A stretch of DNA of 32,257 nucleotides from Octopus bimaculoides (GCF_001194135.2 NC_069005.1:30282299-30314555), one strand, 5' to 3'. Shown: positions 1-11,605, counted from the first letter of the stretch. The notes: generated by a model from the sequence alone, not told the origin. Numbers and translations are program-made.

Positions 1-260
1 AAAAAAAAAAAAAAAAAAAAAAAAAATCGAAAAAAAAAAAGAAACCCCCTACATCGAGATTTATTTTCAAATAGTAGAAGTGGTGGTAGTGGTAGTAGTA
101 GTAGTAGTAATAGGAAGAAGTAGTAGTAGTAGTAGTGGTAGTAGTAGTAGAAGAAGAGGTGCGAAGGTAGCTGATAGACAATGGGAATCCATTACACATC
201 ACTCAAAACTGGGCTTAAACTCTTGGGTGTGGTGTCTTAAGTTTGAAGTTGCTTCAGCAA

Positions 261-280
261 TCAGAAGAAACCAGGATAGT
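261..280 (-). CDS. SERCA: Candidate distal alternative last exon of SERCA (tail DYPGFF*)
   Basis: Strong acceptor: CTGAT branch-like motif, long CT tract, catctttacAG. Joining the phase-1 donor at 29131 gives ...FSD-DYPGFF*. No transcript evidence is available here. Confidence 0.45.
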
Positions 281-510
281 CTGTAAAGATGCAATATGAA
301 GAGAGAGAGCGAGATATAGATAAGAGAAATATCAGAAACAAATGTATATATATGTATATATATATATTCATACAAGAATTTACATTAAAAATTTAAAAAA
401 AAAACATTAAATAAAATGAAGTGAAGTGAAACATAAAACAAAAGCCCTAATAAAGTGAGGAATTATAACTCTAAAGAAAACTAATTGCAAATGAAACAAG
501 ATAATGTTAA

Positions 511-514
<4 letters not shown>

Positions 515-558
<44 letters not shown>
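515..558. repeat. (TA)n microsatellite
   Basis: Direct reading. Confidence 0.98.
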
Positions 559-560
<2 letters not shown>

Positions 561-795
561 TATGTGTGTATATTACAGAAAACTACTATGCAAAGACTGG
601 AAAAAAATTGTTTGTAGAAAGCAAGAATTTCTGGAAAAGACCAGAAGGTAAAAGTGGTAGAAGTGAGCAGAAGGATTAGGGATTAGTGTGGTCCTTTATT
701 TTGGCGTCAATGAAGAGACCAGATAGACAGAGAGGTAGACTGACAACAATTACAAAGAGACACATACATACATTATATATATGTATATATATATA

Positions 796-1047
796 TTGGG
801 TTGGTGCATAATTATTGCGGCTTTTTTTCAACAAATTTTATTCAACAAAAACAATGACAATATTTAACAAAATACATCTTTAAATGGCATTCTGACCGTC
901 TGCCAAACAAATAGGAAGCAGTAATTGAAGTAGATGGTGAATATGCTCCAGAATAAACATTTAAAGATGTTTTTGTTACATGTTGTTATTGTTTTTGCTG
1001 AATGAAATTTGTTGAAAAAAAGCCACAATAATTATGCACCAACGCAA
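796..1047. mobile_element. Mariner-derived MITE with ~90-bp inverted arms and a transposase C-terminal remnant
   Basis: TA flanks at 794-795 and 1048-1049. TIR TTGGGTTGGTGCATAATTATTGCGG resembles Hsmar1/MADE1-type mariner TIRs. The core encodes a decayed NGI..LPNK(W)EAVIEVDGEYAPE*, typical of a mariner C-terminus. Confidence 0.9.
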
Positions 1048-2048
1048 TATATATATTTGTTGTTTTTTGAAATTGGATTTTTCTATGTACATTGAACTCC
1101 AATGTCAAAGAAAAAACATTCTTCCATGTTCTCATGTTTATAAGTTCTTATACCTATATATAATATATATAGACACACACAAGTACTTGAAAGAAAGTAA
1201 AAACCATGGGTGAAAGAGAGAGAGGGGGGAGAGATTTATTGAGATAGTTTAAGAGTGGGGGGGGGGCAGTGTTGATAGGGCAGAAGGAAAACCCTTGTCC
1301 ACAGACAATTTAACCTCATCTCTGTTTCTGTGGAGAAGCAGGAAGAACAATTTCTCATTGCCCCATTGAAATACTGGGGGAAAAATAGAGAACATTACAA
1401 ATATTATTAATAAGAATAGAAAGATATGGCAGTGTGAGAACGAGTAAAAGAGGAAAAACTCCATCACTGACATTATATTATATATTATTTGATATCATGT
1501 ATCTCCTGTACAGCAAGATATCTGTTTTGCTCTGGCCCTTTTCTCTCATATTTACCCCTTTCTACTCATTATCTCCTAATATAAATTTGATGCCCCCTCT
1601 GCCTCAGGTTGCTTAGTCTTGCAAGCTGCAATGGCAGCCTCACCAAGTGCTGTTGATACAATGAAAGTACACAGGACATGCTGTAAAGTGACAAGCATTA
1701 GGATGGGCACCCCAGCCAGAAGAAAACGTGCCAAAGTAGAGACTGGATCATGATACTGTCCCTTGGACCCATCACATTGTATCAAACTCCAAGCCATGTC
1801 CGGTCTTTGATAACTTTGACATATAGTTTGTTGGCTTTCTGGAATTTTGAAAATCTAAGAAATCAGCAATTATGTTGATTGAACACAAGACTCCATGACT
1901 ATTTGACATGGTTGATGAAACGTTGTGAAACTGGAAGTTAGAAGCAAACCAACCCAGTAAACACAAGTAACTGAGTTGCAAGCTTGGTGTCCGGTTAAAA
2001 CTCATCCCAAACATCAAGTCTTTGTCTTTGGCTATAGTTTCTCATCTT

Positions 2049-2240
2049 TATCTCCGCCTTAGCGAAGACCGAGATATTGTTTCCAGTCGGATTTGTTTGT
2101 TTGTCCATGGACAAGATACCTCAAGAACCGCTGGATGGATTCGGACGAAACTTTCAGGGATGTTTAGCCTTGTGACTGGCACGAACTGATTAGATTTTGG
2201 GATCAATCCGGTACTGGCCAAGGATTCTGGATTACCTTGC
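2049..2240. mobile_element. Non-autonomous Helentron-type element (HINE/DINE-1-like)
   Basis: Imperfect hairpin TATCTC-cgcctt-agcg-aagacc-GAGATA (2049-2076), a (TTTG)n microsatellite, then the core GAACCGCTGGATGGATT..GAAACTT and GATTAGATTTTGGGATCAATCCGG, recognised from HINE-like families. The right boundary is approximate. Confidence 0.65.
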
Positions 2241-2575
2241 TCGTTTTTTTTTTAGTTAATTTTTGAGGTCAGGTTCATTTTTAGTATTCTTGTTTCTGAG
2301 AGCAGTCAAATTTCAGATATTCTCATTTTAAAAAACATCTCTGGCTAATCATTGAGAGGATGTTACTGTTGCCTTGGCAGAGGTTTGCAATCTCTGAGTG
2401 CTCTTGTTTAGGTATATATTTCTGCTGACCAATCAATCAGAAACAAATACCAAATTTGATAAAGCTATTACCGTCCAAGGGGAGATTACAACATGTTTAA
2501 CCCATTTGCTATCAAACCTACCTCAACTGGAAACAATTGTCCTGCTCCGTGAACACAGAGGAGAAAGTTATAGAC

Positions 2576-2673
2576 CAGTCATGGGGAATCTATGGGACTG
2601 TCCGCATGGCACACCTGATGAGGAGGCACATGTGTCATGTGGTTCACTTCTTGAAAGAGGTTGCCCATGCCTG
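2576..2673. mobile_element. 98-bp hAT-type MITE
   Basis: 16-bp imperfect TIRs CAGTCATGGGGAATCT / CAGGCATGGGCAACCT (13/16). Flanking 8-bp TSD TTATAGAC (2568-2575) / TTATAGAG (2674-2681). Confidence 0.85.
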
Positions 2674-3410
2674 TTATAGAGGGAGAAGACAAAGAGAGAG
2701 AGAGAGAGGGAAAGAACCAAACAAAAATGAAAAGAACAAAAAGAGAATTGGTTGAAAAACTTAGTATTGGAAAAAAGATATTTGAAAAACCAAACAAACA
2801 GGGTGTTGAGGGAGTAGGAGGAGAATAAGTAAATAGGTAGGTAAGGAGGAGTTATACTACTAGAAGTAGTGGTGGTGGTGGTAGTAAGGGTTACTTGTGG
2901 TGGTGGTAACTAGAGGGGGGGAAAATAAATCACAACCTGAGAGGGTGGTGCCAAGTGGGAAGTGAGTCAGTAGCAAATGGGAAGAGTTATAACACGTAGG
3001 AGGAGGAGTGGAGGAGAAGAGGGATTATGGATTAAAAGCCAGGGAATTAAAAAGAAAAAAAAAAAAACCACGAAAACACATGAAAAGGACACTATATAAA
3101 ATCCACCCACCCCCACTAATTATTTTACTACCCTCCTCTATTATCCTGTAGCCCTTAAATCAATCCTTAGTTATAAAGGAAAAAAAAAAAATGTTAAAAT
3201 AAATTAATAACCGACTTCTGCAGTCCAAAATGTGATTTCTCTAAGTGCGGCAGGGGAGGAAATGGTACTTACCCATGTGTTGACTTTGGATAACCACATA
3301 CAATATCTACAGAGAGGTTATGTTATATTATTAATATATCATAAACATAATTATAAATACAGATATATGGGCCTATGGTGTATTGGTTTGTGACTCACTC
3401 CTAAAATAAT

Positions 3411-3628
3411 GGTTTCAAATTTTGGCACAGGGCCTGCAGTTTTTGAAGGGAGTTGGTCGATTACATTGACCCCCAGTACTTGACCGGTACTCATTTTACT
3501 GACCCCCCCTGAAATGATGAAAGGCAAAGTTGACCTCGGCGAAATTTGAACTCGGAATGTAAAGACGGACAAAATGCCATTAAGCATTTCCGTCTGACAT
3601 GTTAATGATATCGCCAGGCCCATGGCCT
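3411..3628 (-). mobile_element. tRNA-derived SINE family 1, near full-length
   Basis: The minus strand has a Pol III B box (GAGTTCAAATTTC), a central GTCAACTTTGCCTTTCATC..AATGAGTACC domain (Deu/Nin-domain-like) and a GTGCCAAAATTTGAAACC-(ATT)n tail. Confidence 0.85.
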
Positions 3629-3764
3629 TCACTCCTAAAACAATAATAATAATAAATATTAGTAGCACAACAAGGAAGCCTTAACTTTGAAATTTCTGTA
3701 TCAAAGAACAAAATTTCATTGCCACTGCCCCGCAAAGGGAATGTTGACTGAGAAGTTTTAACTT

Positions 3765-4021
3765 TATAACTCTTGATACAAATCCATCTGGGACCACCTC
3801 TTTTGATATCAACCTGTCTAAGATTGCCCCTGGTTCAAACTTGCTGTTTTAAAGTGACCTAGAACTTTCCATCAAGATTTCAAGCTAATTTATGTTCTAA
3901 GTGATAGTTTAGTAACGACAGAGTTCTTTTAGTAAATTTTTGATTATTTAAAAAAAAAAATTAATTGAAACAAAAGTAAGGTATTAATTATTTCAATCAA
4001 AATACAGTAACACAAGGGTAG
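3765..4021 (+). mobile_element. piggyBac-like MITE (degenerate), same family as 9085-9310
   Basis: Left end CTCTTTTGATATCAACCTG..GCCCCTGGTTC and right end CAGTAACACAAGGGT. The interior aligns by eye with the reverse complement of 9085-9310. Confidence 0.55.
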
Positions 4022-4197
4022 TTATGGAAGAAACAACTAAATCCTATTAATTTTGTATGTGTGTGTGCGTCATTAATTCTAACGAACAATACACACACAA
4101 CTAATAGAATAAATTTAAACATCATTTTAGAGTTATCCTCATAATCATATTTAGTCTAATTATATTATCCTAATTAATAAACCCAAACATTAGATTT

Positions 4198-4199
<2 letters not shown>

Positions 4200-4251
<52 letters not shown>
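4200..4251. repeat. (TG)n microsatellite
   Basis: Direct reading. Confidence 0.98.
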
Positions 4252-4252
<1 letters not shown>

Positions 4253-4503
4253 ATACGTACATGGTTTTTAAACATTTTTTATTCTTATCTAAAAAGGATT
4301 TATTAATGAAGCTGATTACTTATGACAGTGTATTGCACAATTTAAAATGGTCCTATAAACTTTAATATCTGGAGATTAGTTATATTTAGTTTGAGGGCAC
4401 AGTTGACTTAAATTTTATTTTAGTATTTAAGAAGATTTAACATTGCACCTTGTCAAAATTGATGCTAACCTATTAGACAGCTGTTACAATAATGTTTGCA
4501 ATA

Positions 4504-4549
<46 letters not shown>

Positions 4550-5124
4550 TTGTTAACAAGGCAACCAATGGTTTCATGTGAAGAGATCTTCACAATTATT
4601 CAAGTATACCACATTGGAATGTTGGTACTGGTTTCTTTTTGCTGATTTAATATACTACAGTTATGTTTACAATAGTGACTATTCATATTAAATCTCAAAA
4701 AGGAATCTCCCATTTATACATATATAATAAATAATTATAAAAATATTGTAACAGTAAATAATGCCATGCTATTGCAAGCTTTCTGAAGGTAGTGACAAAT
4801 AAAAGCTTTAAAACAAACCAACGAAGGCAAACAAGCAATATATTAAAGAGACAAAACAATGAAAAGAAAAAAGTTAAAAAGGGTGGCAGGATACTTATAA
4901 TCCATTGAAACTCAACTTCAGATTTTCCCCTCTTCTTTTAACCATTTCAGTACAAAAGGGACACACATGCATTCCCTCCTGCAATACTCAAAAGATGATT
5001 CTGATTTGCATTATAGTATTAATGTATAGGTATGTCTGTGTGGTTCAGAAGTTTGTTTCTAAATTACTTGGGCTTGGATTGAGTCCCACTATGGGCTAAT
5101 TAGTTAGTTACCTTCTCATAATAA

Positions 5125-5338
5125 TACTGACTCATAAGGACTGGTTTCCATGGTTTCATATATTCGCCACCCGGACGGGACACCAGTCTGTTGCAGGATT
5201 TCTCATTTTTGCCAGCTGAGTGGATTGGAGAAACATGACATGAAGTGTTTTGCTCAAGAACGCAACACATTGCCTGGTCCAGGAATTGAAACCACAATCT
5301 TACAATCATGAATCCAACATACTAACCACTAAGCCACA
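5125..5338 (-). mobile_element. tRNA-derived SINE family 2 copy
   Basis: The minus strand begins TGTGGCTTAGTGGTTAG (A box) ... GGTTTCAATTCCTGG (B box), then TGTGTTGCGTTCTTGAGCAAAACACTTCA..CTCCAATCCACTCAGCTGG. Confidence 0.8.
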
Positions 5339-5359
5339 ACCTGACTCCACTCCACTGTG

Positions 5360-5568
5360 GGTCACCTTGGACTGACCAAAACCTTGTGGGTGGATTCGTT
5401 AGACAGAAACTGAAGCCTAATGCTACTTGTGAATAAACATCGCCATTATACAAGCAATGTTGATGGCATTCAAAGCAATAGGAAGGAAATATCTTGGTTG
5501 GAGACTAGTGAGTATTTGGCATCCAGCCTGACCCATGCCAACATGGAAAAGTAGATGTTAAAATAACC
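5360..5568 (+). mobile_element. (GAT)n-tailed retroposon copy (degenerate)
   Basis: GACCAAAACCTTGTGGGTGGATT..CTGACCCATGCCAACATGGAAAAGTAGATGTTAAA. Confidence 0.6.
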
Positions 5569-5609
5569 ATGTATTTAGTATAAGAAAGATTAAAAATATT
5601 CTCTACTAT

Positions 5610-5790
5610 AAGCACAAGGCCTGAAATTCTTGGGGAGGGTGCTAATTGATTATAGTGACCTTAGTGTTTCACTGGTACCTGTTCCATCAGCCCTGAAAGG
5701 ATTACAGACAAAGTCGACCTTGGCGGAATTTGAACTCTGAATGTGAAGCACTTTGTCCAGTGTGATAATGATTTCACCAGCTCGCTGCCT
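5610..5790 (-). mobile_element. SINE family 1 copy
   Basis: GTCGACCTTGGCGGAATTTGAACTC core and CCAGCTCGCTGCC head on the + strand. Confidence 0.8.
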
Positions 5791-6044
5791 TAGAAAGATT
5801 AAAATATCAATTTCTAACAATGGTACAAAGTAATAAATACTTAAGGGTGGAAAGTAGAAAGAGCCATTTAAATCCCCCCTCACATCCAATATCACCACGA
5901 CCACCACCACCAGTATTCTAAAGGCCCTGGATGGTTGTAAAATGCAGATGAGATTTGAAATCAGAATGTGGAGATAGAGAGAGCGAGTAACTAAAATATT
6001 ACACATGGCATTTGTCTACCCCTCCTACCAAACAACTGCCCCGT

Positions 6045-6243
6045 GTTCTAACCGTTTGGCATTCAAATTGTCCTGCCAAATGTAATGTTTATGTATTCAT
6101 ATTCTTTTGAACTACTCATTCATTATCTCATAGCTTTGAGCTTTTGATGTTATCGTAGGGTAAGTGTGAAAGGTTGGATCTGGCCAGTTTGAACATAAAA
6201 CAAATAGGATATTTGGTCCCAATGTTTAAATGCTAATGGGTTG
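6045..6243. mobile_element. Second piggyBac-like MITE family copy
   Basis: Imperfect TIRs TAACCGTTTGGCATTCAAA ... TTTAAATGCTAATGGGTT. Confidence 0.6.
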
Positions 6244-6343
6244 GTTGTTAGCCAATTAATTATTAATGAATGAGGCTGAGTGTATTTTTTTGGCTGTTTA
6301 GAATTTAGACGAAGGTTCAAGTCATGCAAAGTGTGATTATTAT

Positions 6344-6380
<37 letters not shown>

Positions 6381-6784
6381 GTGAAGTATTAAAAGAGCAA
6401 AAAAAAAATCAATAAACAAAACAAGACAAAGAGAAAAAAATGCATTCAAGGATGTAGTAAAAGACAAAAATTAATAAAAATTAAAAATATATTATAGAAA
6501 CAATTATTAAAAAAAAAATTTAAATTGAACAACCAGAGAGAGAAAGAGGGAAAGAAATAGAAAAAGAGAGAGTGGGAGAGTGGGAAAAAAGAGAGACATT
6601 GATGCCAAAATAGCAGACACTGCTATTAACTGTTTTTTTGATGAATTTTGAGAGCATTGCAAACATAGTACATCAGAAAATACAAGTAAATCTTTCTGTA
6701 AATATTATGCATTGTAAAGCAATTTGAGATAGAAAAACAAAGAAAAAATATTATATACATATATATTAAATGTATATAAATATG

Positions 6785-6816
<32 letters not shown>

Positions 6817-6938
6817 AAATAACCTGAAAAGAAACATATAAAAATAACATAACAAGCAAAAAAGAAGAGATAAAATAAGAAAATAGATAAAGAAACTTAC
6901 CAAAATCTAACAAAATGATAAAACTACCACTAATAGTA

Positions 6939-6973
<35 letters not shown>

Positions 6974-6995
6974 TAACATAGGTACAATGCTACAC

Positions 6996-7135
6996 ATTTT
7001 GTGGGTGGTGGGGGTTTTGTTGATTAAATCATCTTGCAGTACTTCGCTGATAGTTTATTTTGTAAACTCACTAAGAGAATGAAGGGCAAAGTTGACCTCA
7101 GCTTGATTTGAACTCAGAGCATAAAATTACATAAC
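6996..7135 (-). mobile_element. SINE family 1 copy (degenerate)
   Basis: GAAGGGCAAAGTTGACCTCAGCTTGATTTGAACTCAGA core. Confidence 0.7.
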
Positions 7136-7437
7136 TGCCACTCTTACTGATCTACAAAAGATTACTGTCATTGGGAAAAGGTCCAAATTTTTGCAAGGAA
7201 TAGAAATGAAGAGCATGTGTGACCTTCATGCCTTTCTCAAAGTCAAACATATGTAGTCTTGTGGATTTGGTTTGACAAGCTGCTTCACATTGAGGCGTGT
7301 GATTTGACCAAAAATCCTGACAAAGGAAACAGACATTTATGATGATGAAGTAGAATTGATTGTTCTGAAGCAGGACTCAACTTCTTTTACAGCCGATTTT
7401 TATTTATTTATTACATTTACCTGAGGCTGCACTGTAC

Positions 7438-7640
7438 CTCATCATCACTGTTTTATGTCTGTTTTCCATGCTGGCATGGGTTAGATGCCCATCACTATGC
7501 TTTTTGATGGGTCAGAGACCATATCTCATTCAATCTGCATTTTTTGCCAGGTGTCTATGGCTGGATACCCTTCCCAACACCAACCACTTTATAAAGTGTA
7601 CTGGATGCAGCTTTTCATGGCAAAAGCATTAGGGAGGTTG
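7438..7640 (-). mobile_element. (GAT)n-tailed retroposon copy
   Basis: CATCATCACTG..TTTTCCATGCTGGCATGGGTTAGATG..CTATGGCTGGATACCCTTCC. Confidence 0.75.
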
Positions 7641-8212
7641 CCACACTCTTGACGAGATTAAAAAGAGCTATTGACCCCATCACAGGTAATGCTTATAACA
7701 TATATAAATATATACAAAAATTAAATTGTGGCACAAAAGACCTAAAAACCATCAACTACTCAATGGTTCATACATAGATATTAAAATTGTTTTGGAAAAA
7801 TGTCTGAGGCCTACAGAGAACACTTGGATGACCTACTTTATGGGTTGTGGCCAACTTGTTACTGACTCCTACACTAGGGCCATCAACTCAACTCTCCTAG
7901 ATAATATTAGGCACTTTTACAGAGCTGTGAGTCATTAGACTAATCAGGTGGCCTCAACTCCACCCAGGTACCCAGTTTCAGCCAGGTGACAATTGAGAGT
8001 TAAGTTTTTTGACTGCAGTCCCCAACAATTAATTGGTGGTGGCCTGAAATGTAATAGCTGCACTCTTAGGCTAGGGGACTTGTACCCTTCACCTACTCGG
8101 TCACCTGCAGCAGACCCAGTTCAACAAAACCACTGAATTAGTAATTGATTCTAATTCTGGTATTAACACAAATTTGGAGTTAATACTGTTTTAAGGAACC
8201 AGAGAGAGAAAA

Positions 8213-8243
<31 letters not shown>

Positions 8244-8839
8244 AAGAGATATAGACAGACAACACATTCAAATTAAGTTTTAAGTATCACATTAATTATT
8301 AGCTGTTATTTCGAGGTAGATATGAAACTACTTGTATAACTCATAGGTAGCACAATGATAATGAATGAATGATGGAATTGAACAGAATGCAATAAATTGT
8401 AAAAAAAAATCTTGGATCAAAAATGCAAAAAAAAAAAATTAAAAAAACATCAATAACAGAATAAAAAGCAATTTAAATAACATATAAACAGTTAAAATAT
8501 ACAAAACGAGTAAAACAAAAGAGAAAAAAAAAAAGCTTTAATAATAGAACGACATGCAGTTATGACATGTTGGGTATATATGGAGACAGAGAGAGAGAAA
8601 GAATATATGTAATGAGGTAGAATGGATGTGGAGATGTCAGATATATTTATATAATACATATGTAATATAAATTATAGAATACAATGTAATATAATATATA
8701 TTTAAAGGAGATATAAAGTATGCATTATACATTTTATATAATGCACATTTAATATATCATTTAGTATATATTATATATAAGCAGATGATAAGGAAGTGAA
8801 GAGGAAAGTGGGGAAAGAATTTTTACGAGAAAAATTATA

Positions 8840-8878
<39 letters not shown>

Positions 8879-9084
8879 GACTCAATGAAGTTTACTAAGC
8901 TGAGAAAAAAATCAAAAGACATCTTAGGTTAGAAATGAGATCTTTGGGTGATATCTTCTGAAGCAAAGTGAAGGGCATTGAGTGATAAATGAATAAAGGG
9001 GTTAGATGGCTTGGCTCTTTGCGAGACGAAATAATTCATTGATGGCAGAGTCTGTGCTAGGTTAGACAGTCTAATCAATAGAAT

Positions 9085-9310
9085 TTAACCATTTTTGGAA
9101 CCTCATTTCTGTTGAAAACTACACTGAATAAATTGTGAAACTTGAACTGAATTCGAAAATAATGAAGAATATAAAGAAATAGCTTTGTAGTTATTAAAAG
9201 CTGATGTTTCGTAGTTTTATGGGGAACTTCTAACTTGGATCAGTTTAAAACAGAGTTTGTACCATAGAAGCAGAGGGCAGTTTTGCGAAGGTTGGTATCA
9301 AAAGGATTAA
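9085..9310 (-). mobile_element. piggyBac-like MITE flanked by TTAA
   Basis: TTAA at 9085-9088 and 9307-9310, ends TTAACCATTT...AAAGGATTAA (decayed TTAACCCTT...AAGGGTTAA). Homologous to 3765-4021 in the opposite orientation. Confidence 0.65.
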
Positions 9311-9647
9311 CCTTTTAGAGGAAGAATAGACGGAATTAAGGGATCAGAGCGTTGATTGCAAAAATATGAACATGAAGAAATACGAATAGTTACTCCACCG
9401 ACATCGATAGTGTATATGTGGTTATATAGAGGAAGAGAGAGAGTCACAAAATAGTGGGCTTGAGAGAAATAGCAGGGGAGGTGATAGTAAAAGAATCATC
9501 CCAGAAGGAGAGAGAGAGCCGATGGTATAAGTGTGGTAAGGGAGGGACAGAGACTGTGTGTAAATAAGCTGGAAGTGACAGGAACTCACACAGAACTAAA
9601 TTCTACAGCTATATCAACAGGGTGCACCTGTTTCATATATATGCTGG

Positions 9648-9693
<46 letters not shown>

Positions 9694-10508
9694 CTATTTT
9701 GTTGAGTCAGCCCCAACTGAACAGACCTGTGGTCAAAAAAAAGATTTCCAGAAGTGACCATCTTGTCTTTTGAGATGGGTTTACCTTGGACTACAGTGAC
9801 TGTTGCATCTTTCCTTTGAAGATGGTAGCTTGCAATTTAAAGGAAGATTTTGCTGCTATTATCTAGCTCGGGTCAATCTCGTAATGGATACAGATAGAAA
9901 GGAAGGCTAACTACATAATGGCAAACGTTTCCCCCCCCCCATGGGTTAATAATAAGAGGAAGAAGGGCTGATTGGGGGGGGAGGGGGTTAGTTTTATGCT
10001 TGTATCTTTGGTCGTGAACTTCAGATCAAGAATTTGCAATGTGATTTCAAATGCCATGTGTGAGAGAAACTAAACTGTGCAAACAAAGAGGTAACTGACG
10101 AACAATAAGCATATTATACATATATACACATATAGAATATACATTAAATATATGTATGTATTTATGTATAATGAAAGCAAAGTCCAAAAATCAATTCTAG
10201 CAAAAAACATAATTGAATGAAAATGAATAAGAAGATAAAAAATAAGCGATGTTAAAATACATGAAAGAATGAGTGAGAGGAGAATAAAAAATGTGAGTAA
10301 TGAAGAATGGACACTGAATAAATCATCAAAGAAATGAAAAATGCAATAAATATAATAATAATAATAATAACGATAAATAACGATAATAATGATAACCAAG
10401 ATACTTGAAATAAAATTGAAGTAACGTGCTAAAAGAGATGAAGATAAGATAAAGAAATTAAGAAAAAAAAAAGATTTAAATAAATAAAAGTGTTGAAATG
10501 CAATGCAA

Positions 10509-10550
<42 letters not shown>

Positions 10551-10921
10551 NNNNNNNNNNNNNNNNNNNNNNNNNNNNNNNNNNNNNNNNNNNNNNNNNN
10601 NNNNNNNNNNNNNNNNNNNNNNNNNNNNNNNNNNNNNNNNNNNNNNNNNNNNNNNNNNNNNNNNNNNNNNNNNNNNNNNNNNNNNNNNNNNNNNNNNNNN
10701 NNNNNNNNNNNNNNNNNNNNNNNNNNNNNNNNNNNNNNNNNNNNNNNNNNNNNNNNNNNNNNNNNNNNNNNNNNNNNNNNNNNNNNNNNNNNNNNNNNNN
10801 NNNNNNNNNNNNNNNNNNNNNNNNNNNNNNNNNNNNNNNNNNNNNNNNNNNNNNNNNNNNNNNNNNNNNNNNNNNNNNNNNNNNNNNNNNNNNNNNNNNN
10901 NNNNNNNNNNNNNNNNNNNNN
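10551..10921. other. Assembly gap (N run)
   Basis: N bases. Confidence 1.
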
Positions 10922-11462
10922 CCTTTTTTTTTTTTTTTTCTTTTTTCTCGGTGATGCTTTTTTCATTTTTTTTCTTTTCCAAAATTTCGTTTCTAGAATA
11001 TATATATATGCTGCATGCGCCACAAAAGATTATCCGTTTTATATAGACACATCTAAAGGTAAGCAAACATTTTTCTTAATTATTTTTAGTGTATGTGCGT
11101 ATATGGATATAAGTTGCGGGAGAAAATCTTGTCATTTAGTCTCTTTAAGATTTCCTTACTTATGGACACCTTGTGTTTTCTTTCCATCTTTTTTCTTCTC
11201 CAAAATTCTTACATTTTATTCCAGCCGTCATCGTTGAATGGTGTCAAAGTAATTAAAACACAGATCCCACGTTGATTAGGATAATAAAAGATTAAATTTC
11301 AATAGAATTTCCACACACTCTCTCTCACACACACACACACACGCTTCATGTATTTTACGTATGCACCCAAACAGTAAAACGCAGTGCATATGCACTTGAA
11401 CAGTAAAAACATACAAATCAACTTTATTGTTCAAAACCTTAAACTTGAAGGCCATGCTGGAG

Positions 11463-11605
11463 GCCAAACTTGTTGGCCTTTGATACCAAGCTTTGGTGGA
11501 CACACTAGAGACCAAGCTTGATGGCCAAACTGGTGACCCAAGCTTCTGGTGACACACCCCAGAGATCAAGCTTTGCTGGTCACAATGGAGAACAAACTTT
11601 TGGTT
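11463..11605. repeat. Degenerate ~26-bp minisatellite with CCAAGCTT core
   Basis: Unit starts at 11463, 11485, 11511, 11537, 11565 and 11591 (spacing 22, 26, 26, 28, 26). Confidence 0.75.

Noticed and set aside
5300-5338. tRNA genes at A-box/B-box motifs
   Set aside because: These are SINE heads with no cloverleaf or acceptor stem; not genuine tRNAs.
10070-11237. Long ORFs of 150-317 aa
   Set aside because: They are open only because they cross the N gap and microsatellites.
11463-11605. CRISPR-like array
   Set aside because: Eukaryotic context, degenerate contiguous units, no unique spacers and no cas genes.
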